64,000 nt of DNA from Candidatus Omnitrophota bacterium (GCA_050012075.1 JBEKHW010000001.1:4766-68765), one strand, 5' to 3'; shown: positions 1-8,895, numbered from the stretch's first letter. The notes: generated from the letters alone by a model not told the origin. Translations and numbers: made by a program.

Positions 1-246
1 GCGTAAAATTCCTCCAGCGCTTCTTCAGATTCAGAAAACTCAATTCCGGAAGGGTTTACTTTTAAGAAAGGAAAATTTTCGCTGAATTGCGCGATCATCC
101 CTTCCTTAAAACCGCGCTGCGGAAGTTGCGGCCAGAAGGGAGCGTCAGGAAAGTATTTAAAAACCAGGTTTATTGCATCCTGCGCCTCCCGGTAAGGAAG
201 GCTGCCCATCCCTGTAACCAATGCTCGTGGTATCTTATCGCTCATC
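1..246 (-). CDS. partial CDS; N-terminal ~80 aa present, gene runs off the window start; product unknown (weak methyltransferase/decarboxylase-fold resemblance)
   Basis: Reverse-strand ATG at 244-246 gives MSDKIPRALVTGMGSLPYREAQDAINLVFKYFPDAPFWPQLPQRG... with no stop before position 1. Overlaps the stop of the next gene by 12 bp. No diagnostic motif recognised. Confidence 0.3.
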
Positions 247-648
247 TTTATTGGTCCCGTTTTTTAAGGCCCTGATGATATTCTGCCGGATAAGGTTTTC
301 AAACGCTTTCTCAAAATCGTAAACCTCGTTAAAATCATCAATGGAATCCTCTTCTGTCTTGGAGAGGATTTTTTTGTCAATCATGTTAAAGACGATATTG
401 CCGAAATCGCGCGTCTGCCTTATCCCCCAGTGATGTAGAACGGTCTTCGCCATAGGGCCATATTTCTCAACCGCTAAATCGCGCAATCCCTCGACAAGTT
501 CGGCTCCTCTTATGTGCCCCTGCCGCTTTAGCCTTGACTGCGTAAAATACAGCCCCTGCATAAGGAACTCATAGGCATCTTCCTTGTAGCGGGCGTCCTT
601 GCGGCAAATTTCATCTACCAAGTTATAGAAATCTTTTTTTGCTTCCAT
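235..648 (-). CDS. hypothetical protein (137 aa)
   Basis: Uninterrupted ORF with a charged, helical composition; no motif recognised. Confidence 0.5.
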   Translation of the reverse strand: MEAKKDFYNLVDEICRKDARYKEDAYEFLMQGLYFTQSRLKRQGHIRGAELVEGLRDLAVEKYGPMAKTVLHHWGIRQTRDFGNIVFNMIDKKILSKTEEDSIDDFNEVYDFEKAFENLIRQNIIRALKNGTNKDER

Positions 649-712
649 GTGTTCGCTCTTTCTGTGTTACTATTATAGCTATCTTGCTATTTTTTTCAAG
701 CTGATTGCTTTT

Positions 713-1342
713 TTAGAATCCTGCTGCCTCATCCACTAAGATAACCTTTATCCTCTGCGGCACAACCTCTGCTTCTATGATAAGTATCTGGCAGCACATC
801 CTCTTGTATTCCGGGAAAACGCATATTTCCTTGCGGCATATACCATCCTTTACGCAGGGCGTCTTCCAGTCAAGGCGCCTGCAATTAAGCGGGGTGGCGT
901 ATTCGCGCGCCCTTTTCACCGCCTCTTCAATATTAGGAGTAATCTTATTTATGCCGCATATTACTAAGACACTAGATGCGTTTGCGATACCGGAAATGCG
1001 GTGGCCATAGGCGCTGAAGAATACGAGCTCCCCCTTTTCAGAAATGGCATTGGCGCTGGCAAGATAAAAATCAGCGTGTACACCTTCCTCTCTCATCTTC
1101 ATGCTTTCTTCAGCGGCAAGCCCTTTTGCGTATTGATTAAAGACGCGGGTTCCTCTTGCCTGCAGCTTATCAACTAAAGCCAATTGAGAAATAGTCTCTG
1201 AGCCGGAAATACCTACTGTCGCGCTAACCGGGATAAGCTCTAACACCCGGGCGCAAGCCGCTATCTTATCCGGGCAATAAAACCCGCCTATATTTCTTTT
1301 TTGCCAGATATCAAGCAATCTTTTTATTCTCTCTTCCATCAC
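713..1342 (-). CDS. LUD (lactate-utilisation LutB/LutC-like) domain protein with Cys-rich C-terminus
   Basis: YLASANAISEKGELV motif typical of the LUD/YkgG family. C-terminal CxxC-rich tail. 4-bp overlap with pncB suggests operon. Confidence 0.55.
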   Translation of the reverse strand: MMEERIKRLLDIWQKRNIGGFYCPDKIAACARVLELIPVSATVGISGSETISQLALVDKLQARGTRVFNQYAKGLAAEESMKMREEGVHADFYLASANAISEKGELVFFSAYGHRISGIANASSVLVICGINKITPNIEEAVKRAREYATPLNCRRLDWKTPCVKDGICRKEICVFPEYKRMCCQILIIEAEVVPQRIKVILVDEAAGF

Positions 1343-2688
1343 TGCCTCTTTTTCAGTTGGGCTAACAAAGAATCGCGCATGGATTTAAGCCGGGGGCTAA
1401 TGGCTATGGGATACTTAAAAACAGAATCTACGCCGCGCAATCCCGCGGGAAAACGGAGAATTTCTTTTTGTAGCCCAGCCCTTATTTTCTCTAATGAAAG
1501 AGGGCGATAGCATATTTTTCCCTTAACCACAATCTTTTTTAATATTGGGATTCCCTCTATCTTTTCATCTTCCAATCCCAGGATATCTTTTACAAATATC
1601 CCCATTTTCTTTTGCCTGTAAACCTGTTTTCTTCCCGGATATGTTGCCTTGCCTTTGCTTAATTTCATCGTCGGCAGAAAGCGCGCCTCTTCCCCGGTAA
1701 CCTCGCTTAATTTATAAATTACATCCAGGGACGGCGCGTCAATACTTGTGCCCATATTGGTGCCCACGCCAAAGCTATCCGCCTTTGAGCCCTTCTTAAT
1801 CAGGGAGCGGATTTTAAATTCATCGAGATTTCCGGTGGCAAAGATCTTTACGTATCCAAGCCCCGCCTCATCAAGGGCCCGGCGCGCGAGAACAGAAAGA
1901 TAAACTATATCGCCGCTATCCAGGCGTATACCCTGAAGGCGATATCCCTTTTCCTTTAAATATAAGCCTACTTTTACGGCGTTATCTATCCCCTTAGCGG
2001 TATTATAGGTATCCACGAGAAGTATTGACCTTTCAGGAAAAGTATCGGCATAAGCCAGAAAGCTATCTATCTCCTGCCTGAAAGACATGACGAATGAATG
2101 CGCCATCGTACCTGAAACAGGTATCGCGTATAATTTTGCCGCCAGGACATTTGAAGTGCCGCTTGTGCCGGCAATATAAGAGGCGCGGCTTGCCTTTATA
2201 GCCGCGTCCTGGCCATGGGTCCTGCGCAGGGAAAAATCATACACCTTCCGCTTGCCCGCAGCAGTTACCACGCGGGAAGCCTTACTTGCGATCATTGTCT
2301 GCAGGTTTATAGTGTTAAGGAGGAAACTCTCAACCAGTTGCGCTTCAATGATGGGGGCGGTTACGCGGATAATCGGCTCCTGCGCAAAACAAATAGTCCC
2401 CTCCGGCATCGCCCATATATCCCCTCTAAAGCGGAAATTCTTTAAATAGGATAAGAACTCTTCTGAAAATAACTTAGTGCTACGCAGGAATTTCAAATCC
2501 TCTTTGTTAAAACGTAAATCTTTAATATAATTAAGAATATCCTCCAGGCCGCAGGCGACAAGATAGTTGCGGTTATGCGGCAGTTCCCTTACAAAAAGCT
2601 CAAATGTAGCCAGGGTCTTCTCCTTGTAGAGAAAATAACTCTCCCCCATCGTCAATTCATACAGATCTAGCAATAAAGCATTATTCAT
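1339..2688 (-). CDS. pncB: nicotinate phosphoribosyltransferase
   Basis: N-terminal LLDLYELTM..YF signature of NAPRTase. 449 aa, typical length. Confidence 0.85.
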   Translation of the reverse strand: MNNALLLDLYELTMGESYFLYKEKTLATFELFVRELPHNRNYLVACGLEDILNYIKDLRFNKEDLKFLRSTKLFSEEFLSYLKNFRFRGDIWAMPEGTICFAQEPIIRVTAPIIEAQLVESFLLNTINLQTMIASKASRVVTAAGKRKVYDFSLRRTHGQDAAIKASRASYIAGTSGTSNVLAAKLYAIPVSGTMAHSFVMSFRQEIDSFLAYADTFPERSILLVDTYNTAKGIDNAVKVGLYLKEKGYRLQGIRLDSGDIVYLSVLARRALDEAGLGYVKIFATGNLDEFKIRSLIKKGSKADSFGVGTNMGTSIDAPSLDVIYKLSEVTGEEARFLPTMKLSKGKATYPGRKQVYRQKKMGIFVKDILGLEDEKIEGIPILKKIVVKGKICYRPLSLEKIRAGLQKEILRFPAGLRGVDSVFKYPIAISPRLKSMRDSLLAQLKKRQ

Positions 2689-2699
2689 ATTGTAAAGGG

Positions 2700-3176
2700 T
2701 TATTCCGAAATGAGATTCTCAAACGCTTTTTCAGAGAAATAATTCTCTTTTTCGACGATGTTGCCTTTTTTATCGATAAATATGTAGGTGGGGACACCGA
2801 AGATACCGAAAGAATCAGAGACTGTTCCGTCTTTATCAAGCAGGACCTTGAAAGTCAACCCCTTTTTTCTGACTAAATTTTCCACCCTGCGCTTGTCTTC
2901 TCCTATATTAATTGCCAAAAACTCTAAGCCTCTACCGGCAAAACCAGCGTATTTATCTTTAAGGATAACCAGTTCCCGCTGGCAGTACGGGCACCACGTA
3001 GTCCAGAAAAACAGTACAACGGGCTTATTGCCCTTATATTCGCTTAAACTGACCGTATTCTGATTTAAATCCTGTAACGTAAAATCTTGCGCCTTATTAT
3101 CCTGCGCCTGTATACAGGATATCCCTGCTAGTGAAACGAACGTTATTGTAAATATGGCCGCGAGGTATTTTTTCAT
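2700..3176 (-). CDS. TlpA/ResA-like thiol-disulfide oxidoreductase (thioredoxin fold), secreted
   Basis: WCPYCQ active-site motif. Signal peptide MKKYLAAIFTITFVSLAGISC. Start moved to ATG at 3174-3176, which has an AAGGAG RBS; the ORF track start at 3266 would overlap ccdA. Confidence 0.8.
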   Translation of the reverse strand: MKKYLAAIFTITFVSLAGISCIQAQDNKAQDFTLQDLNQNTVSLSEYKGNKPVVLFFWTTWCPYCQRELVILKDKYAGFAGRGLEFLAINIGEDKRRVENLVRKKGLTFKVLLDKDGTVSDSFGIFGVPTYIFIDKKGNIVEKENYFSEKAFENLISE

Positions 3177-3178
3177 TC

Positions 3179-3847
3179 TTATAATCTCCTTATCCCGGAA
3201 TAAATAAAATATGCCCCTGCCGCTATCATTATGGCAGCACATAACCTTTTTATATATATAAGCCATTTACCGGATTTAGGCATATTGGCCAATAATCCGC
3301 TGAAAGTGCCGGTAAGGATCAAAACCAGCCCCATACCATAGGCGAAACTGAATAAAATAAGCGCGCCGTACAGAAAATTCTTCTTCGTGGCAAGGTATGC
3401 CAGGATTGAAGCCAGCGCCGGGCTAAGGCAGGGAGAGACGATTAAGCCCGAAGCAATACCCATGATAAACGCGGAAAAATAATTTTTCTTCGTTATCTTG
3501 GGGGCTTTTATTATATTGCCTAGCGGCAGCATGAATATATCCATCATAAAAAACGCAAAAACAATGGTGAGAGCACCCAATATAATGTAAGTCAGCGGGT
3601 GCGAGCTTATCATGCCAAAAAGAGTCCCGGTTAAAACCGCGATTATACCTAATATTGAATAGGTAACCGCCATACCGGTAACATAGAATAAACTTAAACC
3701 CAACCCCTTAAGTTTCGACCCGCCGGCAGAGGCACCTATGTAGCCGACAGTAACCGGGATAAGGGGATACACGCATGGCGTAAAACTTACCGCGATACCC
3801 CAGAAGAAAGCAAGAATGAAATCTAAAGGGCTACCTGATAGATTCAT
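3179..3847 (-). CDS. ccdA: cytochrome c-type biogenesis protein CcdA (DsbD transmembrane domain)
   Basis: Polytopic membrane protein with a conserved CVYPLIP Cys motif. Adjacent to the TlpA-like partner. Confidence 0.85.
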   Translation of the reverse strand: MNLSGSPLDFILAFFWGIAVSFTPCVYPLIPVTVGYIGASAGGSKLKGLGLSLFYVTGMAVTYSILGIIAVLTGTLFGMISSHPLTYIILGALTIVFAFFMMDIFMLPLGNIIKAPKITKKNYFSAFIMGIASGLIVSPCLSPALASILAYLATKKNFLYGALILFSFAYGMGLVLILTGTFSGLLANMPKSGKWLIYIKRLCAAIMIAAGAYFIYSGIRRL

Positions 3848-4142
3848 CTATCCACCGTAAATAAGGTTTATGCCCCTCGACAATGGGCAGGCAGATTATT
3901 TCCGGGACTTCATAACTATGCATGGATTTTACTGCCTGGATTATTTTTTTTGCTTTAGAGCGCCTGGACTTTATGATAAGGAGTGATTCAGCTGCCTGTT
4001 CGATCTTGCCTTTCCACCAGAATAATGAATCTACCCTGCCTATAATATTGACGCAGGCAGCCAGTTTCTCTTTTAAGAGCCCCCTGGCTATGCGCCTAGC
4101 CTCGGCCTTGGAAGGAACAGTCACCAGTATAACTGTATACAT
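3831..4142 (-). CDS. cutA: divalent-cation tolerance protein CutA
   Basis: 103 aa. Pattern VTVPS.EEA..IAR.L..EKLAAC.NI...SLFWWKG.I is a CutA1 signature. Confidence 0.8.
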   Translation of the reverse strand: MYTVILVTVPSKAEARRIARGLLKEKLAACVNIIGRVDSLFWWKGKIEQAAESLLIIKSRRSKAKKIIQAVKSMHSYEVPEIICLPIVEGHKPYLRWIDESIR

Positions 4143-4619
4143 CTATCCTCTTAACTTTTTTGTAAGCGCTGCGACGCGGCTACCCATGCGCAGGCACTCT
4201 TTTGCTGCCCGGCTCTCAACAGAACCTACTGCGACCGGGCCGTAATGGTCTCCCTGCGGGTCACCCTGGATAATCATACCATGAATGAGCATGGCGTTCA
4301 ATATATCAAGGATCGTGGTTTCGTTTCCACCGGCGACATTGGCGCTTGAAGAAAACGCGGCCCCAATTTTGCCGTCCAGCTTTCCGTGGAATTTCACCGA
4401 ATCATCCAGGAGCTTTTTAATCTCAGCGCTCATCGAGCCGTAATAGGTAGGAGAACCTATAACAATGGCATCGTATTCCAATAATTCATCCACGCCTACG
4501 TCTCTGACATCTTTTAACGTGACGCTAGTCGCCTCTTTTTTAATCCCTTCCGCTATGCCCTCAGCCATCTTTTTTGTGGTGCCGCCCCTTGAATAATAAA
4601 TGACCAACGCTTTTACCAT
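4143..4619 (-). CDS. flavodoxin-like NAD(P)H-dependent oxidoreductase (WrbA/NADPH-FMN reductase-like)
   Basis: MVKALVIYYSRGGTTKKMAE...IGSPTYYGSM flavodoxin-fold nucleotide loop. Start chosen at the internal MVKAL. Confidence 0.7.
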   Translation of the reverse strand: MVKALVIYYSRGGTTKKMAEGIAEGIKKEATSVTLKDVRDVGVDELLEYDAIVIGSPTYYGSMSAEIKKLLDDSVKFHGKLDGKIGAAFSSSANVAGGNETTILDILNAMLIHGMIIQGDPQGDHYGPVAVGSVESRAAKECLRMGSRVAALTKKLRG

Positions 4620-4644
4620 TAGACACCCTCCTTCAATGAGCACT

Positions 4645-4949
4645 TGACTTACGAACACGCCAGTGTGAGTAAGTCAATGTGCGAATTGAACCCCACACCC
4701 AGCTTTATTTTAAAGATCCTACTAATCTTAATTTTAAAGCCGTAAGAGCTTGTGCATAGTGTTTGAGACGCCGCTCTCTGTTTCTTGCATCTGACTCGGA
4801 TTTATAGGCCTCATAATAAATTAGTTCGTGCGGTTGTATTTTAAGGTGCTCTTTTAAGCGCCGCTCTAAGTTATTGGTATAACCATAATATAGTTTGTCT
4901 GTTTCCGTGTTTTTTATAACGTATAAATAATGCATAGCTGGGTGTGGGG
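4645..4949. mobile_element. composite hairpin element copy 1 carrying a GIY-YIG gene. Layout: hairpin A (4645-4677), conserved linker TGTGCGAATTGAACC (4678-4690), 13-bp IR-L CCCCACACCCAGC (4691-4703), gene, IR-R GCTGGGTGTGGGG (4937-4949)
   Basis: Perfect 13-bp inverted repeat flanks the ORF exactly: stop 1 bp after IR-L, ATG 2 bp before IR-R. Gene-less copies with the same hairpin A plus linker are at 37863-37960 and 44577-44635. Confidence 0.45.
4705..4935 (-). CDS. GIY-YIG nuclease family protein (YhbQ/UPF0213-like, 76 aa)
   Basis: YVIKNTETDKLYYGYTNNLERRLKEH carries GIY...YYG plus the catalytic R and E. Start set at ATG 4933-4935 so the domain starts at residue 3 as in YhbQ; the ORF track starts 22 codons earlier. 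Confidence 0.7.
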   Translation of the reverse strand: MHYLYVIKNTETDKLYYGYTNNLERRLKEHLKIQPHELIYYEAYKSESDARNRERRLKHYAQALTALKLRLVGSLK

Positions 4950-4975
4950 TAAATTCAGCCACAAACTTATGTTCA

Positions 4976-5227
4976 CTACGTTCCATAAGTTTGGGCTTCA
5001 TTTACCCTTACTGACTTTATCCTCCCGAATTGGCTGCAAATATCGAATATCCCCTCCGGCTCCTCGGCAATCATGCTTATTGCAAACTCCCTGCCTTTAC
5101 CTGCCTCCTGCATAGGAGTATCATTGACCTCCAGATTCTCCCCGAATTCAGAAAGAGAGCTCTTAATAAGCTCGCCTGTTGTATTATAGGCGTGTAATAT
5201 GAATTCAATCCGGTATTTTTGCATCAC
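4976..5227 (-). CDS. hypothetical small protein (83 aa)
   Basis: ORF overlapping the pgeF stop by 4 bp (ATGA), suggesting translational coupling. No motif recognised. Confidence 0.4.
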   Translation of the reverse strand: MMQKYRIEFILHAYNTTGELIKSSLSEFGENLEVNDTPMQEAGKGREFAISMIAEEPEGIFDICSQFGRIKSVRVNEAQTYGT

Positions 5228-5934
5228 TTTAGCATTATTACAGAGATCATCCTGCCGCTTGATTTTCCTTCTTTACGGAAAGAGAAAAACTCGCGGTTCT
5301 GACAGGAGATGCAGATAGCGCAATCAGTTATATTATACTCTCTTACGCCTGCCTCTAATAATTGCGCCTTGTTTACCCCTGCGATATCCAAATAATAGCG
5401 CCCTTCCCTTTTTACCAAACCCGAAGGAAAATATCTGTTAAGCTTTTCTTCTACCTCATAACAGCAGCTCCTTATCGCCGGGCCGAAACTCGCCTTCAAT
5501 TTTTCAGGATTGGTAAAGAAATCCTTCTGCATTGCTTTTACGGCGTTCTTTACGATATACTCGCTGGTTGAGCGCCATCCGGCATGCACTAATCCTATTG
5601 CCGGGTGTTCCGGGTCATAAAGGAACACCGAAAGGCAATCCGCCGTAAAAACACTAAGCGCTATCCTCTTCTTATCGGTAATAAAGGCGTCCGTAGCATC
5701 AATGGCGGTTTCATACGACAAAGCGCCTTTTCCCCTGTCTTCCTGCTTTACGTAAACAATGCCGGAAGAATGAATCTGTTTTGCGCAGACAAGAGAAGCC
5801 TGGTCTATCTTAAGTTTATTCAGGAACCTGTTCCGGTTTTCTAATGACGAGGACGCGTCCCCGTAATTAAGGGACATATTGCCGTCGCGACGCTGGCTAA
5901 AGGCGGCAATGACTTCTTCAAAAGCATCAAACAT
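5224..5934 (-). CDS. pgeF: peptidoglycan editing factor PgeF / YfiH (DUF152 laccase-domain) family protein
   Basis: Conserved LVHAGWRS and C...H...C.C metal-site pattern of the YfiH family. Confidence 0.8.
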   Translation of the reverse strand: MFDAFEEVIAAFSQRRDGNMSLNYGDASSSLENRNRFLNKLKIDQASLVCAKQIHSSGIVYVKQEDRGKGALSYETAIDATDAFITDKKRIALSVFTADCLSVFLYDPEHPAIGLVHAGWRSTSEYIVKNAVKAMQKDFFTNPEKLKASFGPAIRSCCYEVEEKLNRYFPSGLVKREGRYYLDIAGVNKAQLLEAGVREYNITDCAICISCQNREFFSFRKEGKSSGRMISVIMLK

Positions 5935-6145
5935 CGGTTTCTATTATTTTATCCCTTGATTTGAGGCCCGCTACTATCCTGAGCTGGTATTTTTTTAACC
6001 CCAGGTGTCGAGCGAGAAGCCTGATAAGCTGCTCATTCGCTAAACCCTCCTGTGCCGGTTTAGTCAAATATGCCTTGAGAATGCCGTTTTCCTCTTTGAT
6101 TAAATTGCGGCTTGAGCGGGGAACGACCCTTACCTTAAGAAACAT
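5927..6145 (-). CDS. DUF167 (YggU) family protein
   Basis: 72 aa with LKVRVVPRSSRN...G.LKA.L...P..G.AN..L...L signature of UPF0235/YggU. Confidence 0.65.
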   Translation of the reverse strand: MFLKVRVVPRSSRNLIKEENGILKAYLTKPAQEGLANEQLIRLLARHLGLKKYQLRIVAGLKSRDKIIETDV

Positions 6146-6148
6146 GGG

Positions 6149-7081
6149 CTATTTTGATTCTATGCGTTTAGTTTCCTGGATATCGGTAAGCCGGTCTGAA
6201 AACCTGTCTAATTTTTTCTGGCTATCCGCGTATTTACTTGAGGCATTGGATATATGGGAACCCAGCGTATCAAAATCTTCTTTAAATTTATTGATATCGA
6301 TATGCAGCGCGCTTAAATTCTTCAGGATATTTTTGGCGTTCTCTTCTATTTTAAGCCCCTTTAACCCGAGGCAGATCACCTGTAAATAGGCATAGAAGGT
6401 GTTAGGCGAAACCGGGATGACTTTCTTAGCCATGGAATAAGAGAATAGGTCTTCCTTGATGATCACCTCGTAATATACGTTTTCCGCCGGCACATACATA
6501 AGGGCGAAATCATAGGTATTTTCATCGGGCAGGATATATTTGGCGGCAATCTCATCCACGCGGTTTTTTACATCCTGGATAAATTTCCTGCGGAAGCCGC
6601 TTTTGGCCTGCTCATCAGTGGCCTCGAGCATCTTCTGAAAATTCTCTAAGCTGAACTTGGCATCCACAGGCACAAGGCGTTCGCCTAAGCGGATTACCGC
6701 GTCCACCGCGTCGGAAGATTTAAAGCGGTATTGCATAGTGAAATGCCCCTGGGGTAGGACCTGGGCCAGTAAATTCTCAAGGAGTGTTTCTCCCATTGAC
6801 CCCCTGAATTTAGGGGCGCGCAGTAATTCCTGTAAACTGGAGATATCCTTGCTGATTTCAACTATCTGCTTATTGGTCTCCTCAAGTTTTCCCAGCTGCT
6901 TTTCCACGTTGCCGAATACATTTGTGGCGTTCCCCAGGTTCTGGCCGATGATTTTATTGGCCTCCTGGATAGTGCGTTCCATAGAGCCCAAGCGCTCATT
7001 GACCTGCGAGGAAATCTTAAGGACAATGGCGACGAGGAAAACACCCAATATCAGGAATATTATCGAACCAATCCAAATCAT
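6149..7081 (-). CDS. rmuC: DNA recombination protein RmuC
   Basis: N-terminal TM helix, long coiled coil, then the conserved RmuC C-terminal region (VPVDAKF...MYVPAE..Y). Confidence 0.8.
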   Translation of the reverse strand: MIWIGSIIFLILGVFLVAIVLKISSQVNERLGSMERTIQEANKIIGQNLGNATNVFGNVEKQLGKLEETNKQIVEISKDISSLQELLRAPKFRGSMGETLLENLLAQVLPQGHFTMQYRFKSSDAVDAVIRLGERLVPVDAKFSLENFQKMLEATDEQAKSGFRRKFIQDVKNRVDEIAAKYILPDENTYDFALMYVPAENVYYEVIIKEDLFSYSMAKKVIPVSPNTFYAYLQVICLGLKGLKIEENAKNILKNLSALHIDINKFKEDFDTLGSHISNASSKYADSQKKLDRFSDRLTDIQETKRIESK

Positions 7082-7142
7082 TTTTAACCCCTCAATTACT
7101 AATTACTATTTACTAAACAATTATACCACTTTACCCGTATTC

Positions 7143-7865
7143 TTAAAGCAAATACTCCTGTTTAATTCTTTTGGTGCCCCTAAAGATATTGGTCCTTACG
7201 TCGGGGCACATCTTTTCCAGTTCATTGATAATGGCTGACATTTTTGTGCGCTGTGATGCGAGGGAATTAGGGCAGGCGCATTTATGGTGCGGGAAATCCG
7301 CGGTTTTGGCGAATTTTACGATTAAACTTTCCTCTACATAAGCCAGGGGCCTGATAATTACGACCTTACCTTTAAAAAGCTCCTGTTTTGGAACCATAGA
7401 GGAAATCTCGCCGTGAAAAAATAAATTCATAAGCGTGGTTTCTATAATATCGTCCTTATGGTGTCCGAAAGCAACCTTAGTGCACCCAAAACGCTGCGCC
7501 GTCTCAAAGAGCGCCTTCCTCCTGTTCCAGGAGCACCAGAAACAGGAGATATCTTTACGCGTCTGGCCCGGCTTTAAAAGCTGCACCTTCTCAATATGAT
7601 AATCTATCCCGTGCTTCTTAAAATACTCCGATAAAATCTTCGGATGGTGACAGGGATAACCCATATCAATATGCACTGCCAAGAGGTCATATTTTATCGG
7701 CACAAACTTCCTGCGGTCATTCAATACCCGTAACAGCGTCAGGCTGTCTTTCCCGCCTGAGACAGCGACAAGGATTTTATCGCCATCAACTATCATCCCG
7801 TAATCTATGATAGCCTTGCCTACCCGCTTTGAAATATAAAACTCATGTCCCTGTATGACTGACAT
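7143..7865 (-). CDS. ttcA: tRNA 2-thiocytidine synthase TtcA-like PP-loop ATPase
   Basis: PP-loop SGGKDS. Paired CxxC clusters (CFWCSW, HKCACP) typical of the TtcA Fe-S family. Confidence 0.7.
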   Translation of the reverse strand: MSVIQGHEFYISKRVGKAIIDYGMIVDGDKILVAVSGGKDSLTLLRVLNDRRKFVPIKYDLLAVHIDMGYPCHHPKILSEYFKKHGIDYHIEKVQLLKPGQTRKDISCFWCSWNRRKALFETAQRFGCTKVAFGHHKDDIIETTLMNLFFHGEISSMVPKQELFKGKVVIIRPLAYVEESLIVKFAKTADFPHHKCACPNSLASQRTKMSAIINELEKMCPDVRTNIFRGTKRIKQEYLL

Positions 7866-8222
7866 CTAACCTTCTGACCTTCGTTTGATAAATTCATCTA
7901 ATTTGTCGAGTGATTTTGCATCGGGGTCAGAAAATCTAATCCTTATTTCATAAATAAAATCTTTGGCAAGTTCCCGGCATTCAAGAACTACTCCCGTCAT
8001 CGTTATATCAACTCCATGGGTAAAAGGCCCTCTTATGATGAATTCCATATTCGCCCCTTCCTTAAAAGGCTTTTCCACTGTAAGCAACATACCGCCCCTG
8101 CTGATATTTTTGGTGCGGGTGAGGTTATAATTTTCTGACGTACCTTTAACTTTATAGTAAACAAAATAACCTTCTGCTAATCTTTGATATTTTCTCCGCT
8201 CTGAACTTTCAAAGTCATGCAT
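7866..8222 (-). CDS. PilZ domain protein (c-di-GMP receptor-like)
   Basis: RRKYQRL...(D/N)ISRGGM matches the PilZ RxxxR...D/NxSxxG motif. Confidence 0.65.
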   Translation of the reverse strand: MHDFESSERRKYQRLAEGYFVYYKVKGTSENYNLTRTKNISRGGMLLTVEKPFKEGANMEFIIRGPFTHGVDITMTGVVLECRELAKDFIYEIRIRFSDPDAKSLDKLDEFIKRRSEG

Positions 8223-8303
8223 CCCTGTCTCCTAGCCCACAAGGGCACGCCGGCGCATCCGATAGCGCCGGGCGTTAGCCCAATAATTATACCATACTCT
8301 CTT

Positions 8304-8384
8304 AGCGGGTGGCTGCCGAGACGAAGGCCTTGCCGCGCGCAACGCAGTGAGCACGGCGAGGTGGCTCGGCAGACAGGACCCGCT
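8304..8384. repeat. structured ~81-bp repeat, short form U1 (AGCGGGTGGCTGCCGAG...CTCGGCAGACAGGACCCGCT long hairpin)
   Basis: About 90% identical to 8716-8797. Its termini match the ends of the ~200-bp elements at 14494-14690 and 46737-46931. Lies between the promoter-like hairpin and the PilZ start codon, i.e. in the 5' leader. Confidence 0.6.
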
Positions 8385-8437
8385 AACTAATTATACCGCC
8401 CGAAATAAAAAATACCAGGCACATTTTCCGCGCCTGG

Positions 8438-8683
8438 TTATCTTCTGGTTATCTGGAGATTTACTGTAATTGATATCATAAAAGAGATAAAAAGCACGAA
8501 TATATAAAAAATAAATAATTGCACTAAGAAATCTTTGGCTGTTATTTTCTTTACACCGGGTAAAAGTTTTATATAGGCATTCCCGATCAAAGTCCACACT
8601 ATTGTTCCAAATAGACAAAAAATAAACAGTATTATAGCTAATATTAAACGCTTTGATAAAAATGCCATTTGCTTAACAGGCAC
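8438..8683 (-). CDS. small membrane protein (81 aa, 2 TM)
   Basis: Hydrophobic ORF bracketed by the U1 and U2 repeats. Confidence 0.4.
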   Translation of the reverse strand: MPVKQMAFLSKRLILAIILFIFCLFGTIVWTLIGNAYIKLLPGVKKITAKDFLVQLFIFYIFVLFISFMISITVNLQITRR

Positions 8684-8715
8684 CGGAGATTACCTTATAA
8701 CTGCCTAACTCTCTT

Positions 8716-8797
8716 AGCGGGTGGCTGCGGAGCCGAGGCCCCTGCCGCGCGCAACGCCAGTGAGCACGGCGGGGTGGCGCAGCAGACAAGACCCGCG
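8716..8797. repeat. structured ~82-bp repeat, short form U2
   Basis: Near-identical copy of 8304-8384, with compensatory changes in the stem (CCGAG/CTCGG becomes CGGAG/... GCGCAG). Confidence 0.6.
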
Positions 8798-8895
8798 AAT
8801 TAATTATACCACCCAAAATAAGAAAACCCAGGCACATTTTCCGTGCCTGGGCTCCTCTCGCCCCCTGCCCTATGGGAACGTCTCCGTATTTTCTT

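Noticed and set aside
4935-5001. Longer 98-aa form of the GIY-YIG protein starting at 5001
   Set aside because: The extra 22 codons run across the 13-bp inverted repeat and overlap the upstream ORF. YhbQ-type proteins begin right at the GIY strand, so the internal ATG at 4935 is preferred. The longer form cannot be excluded.
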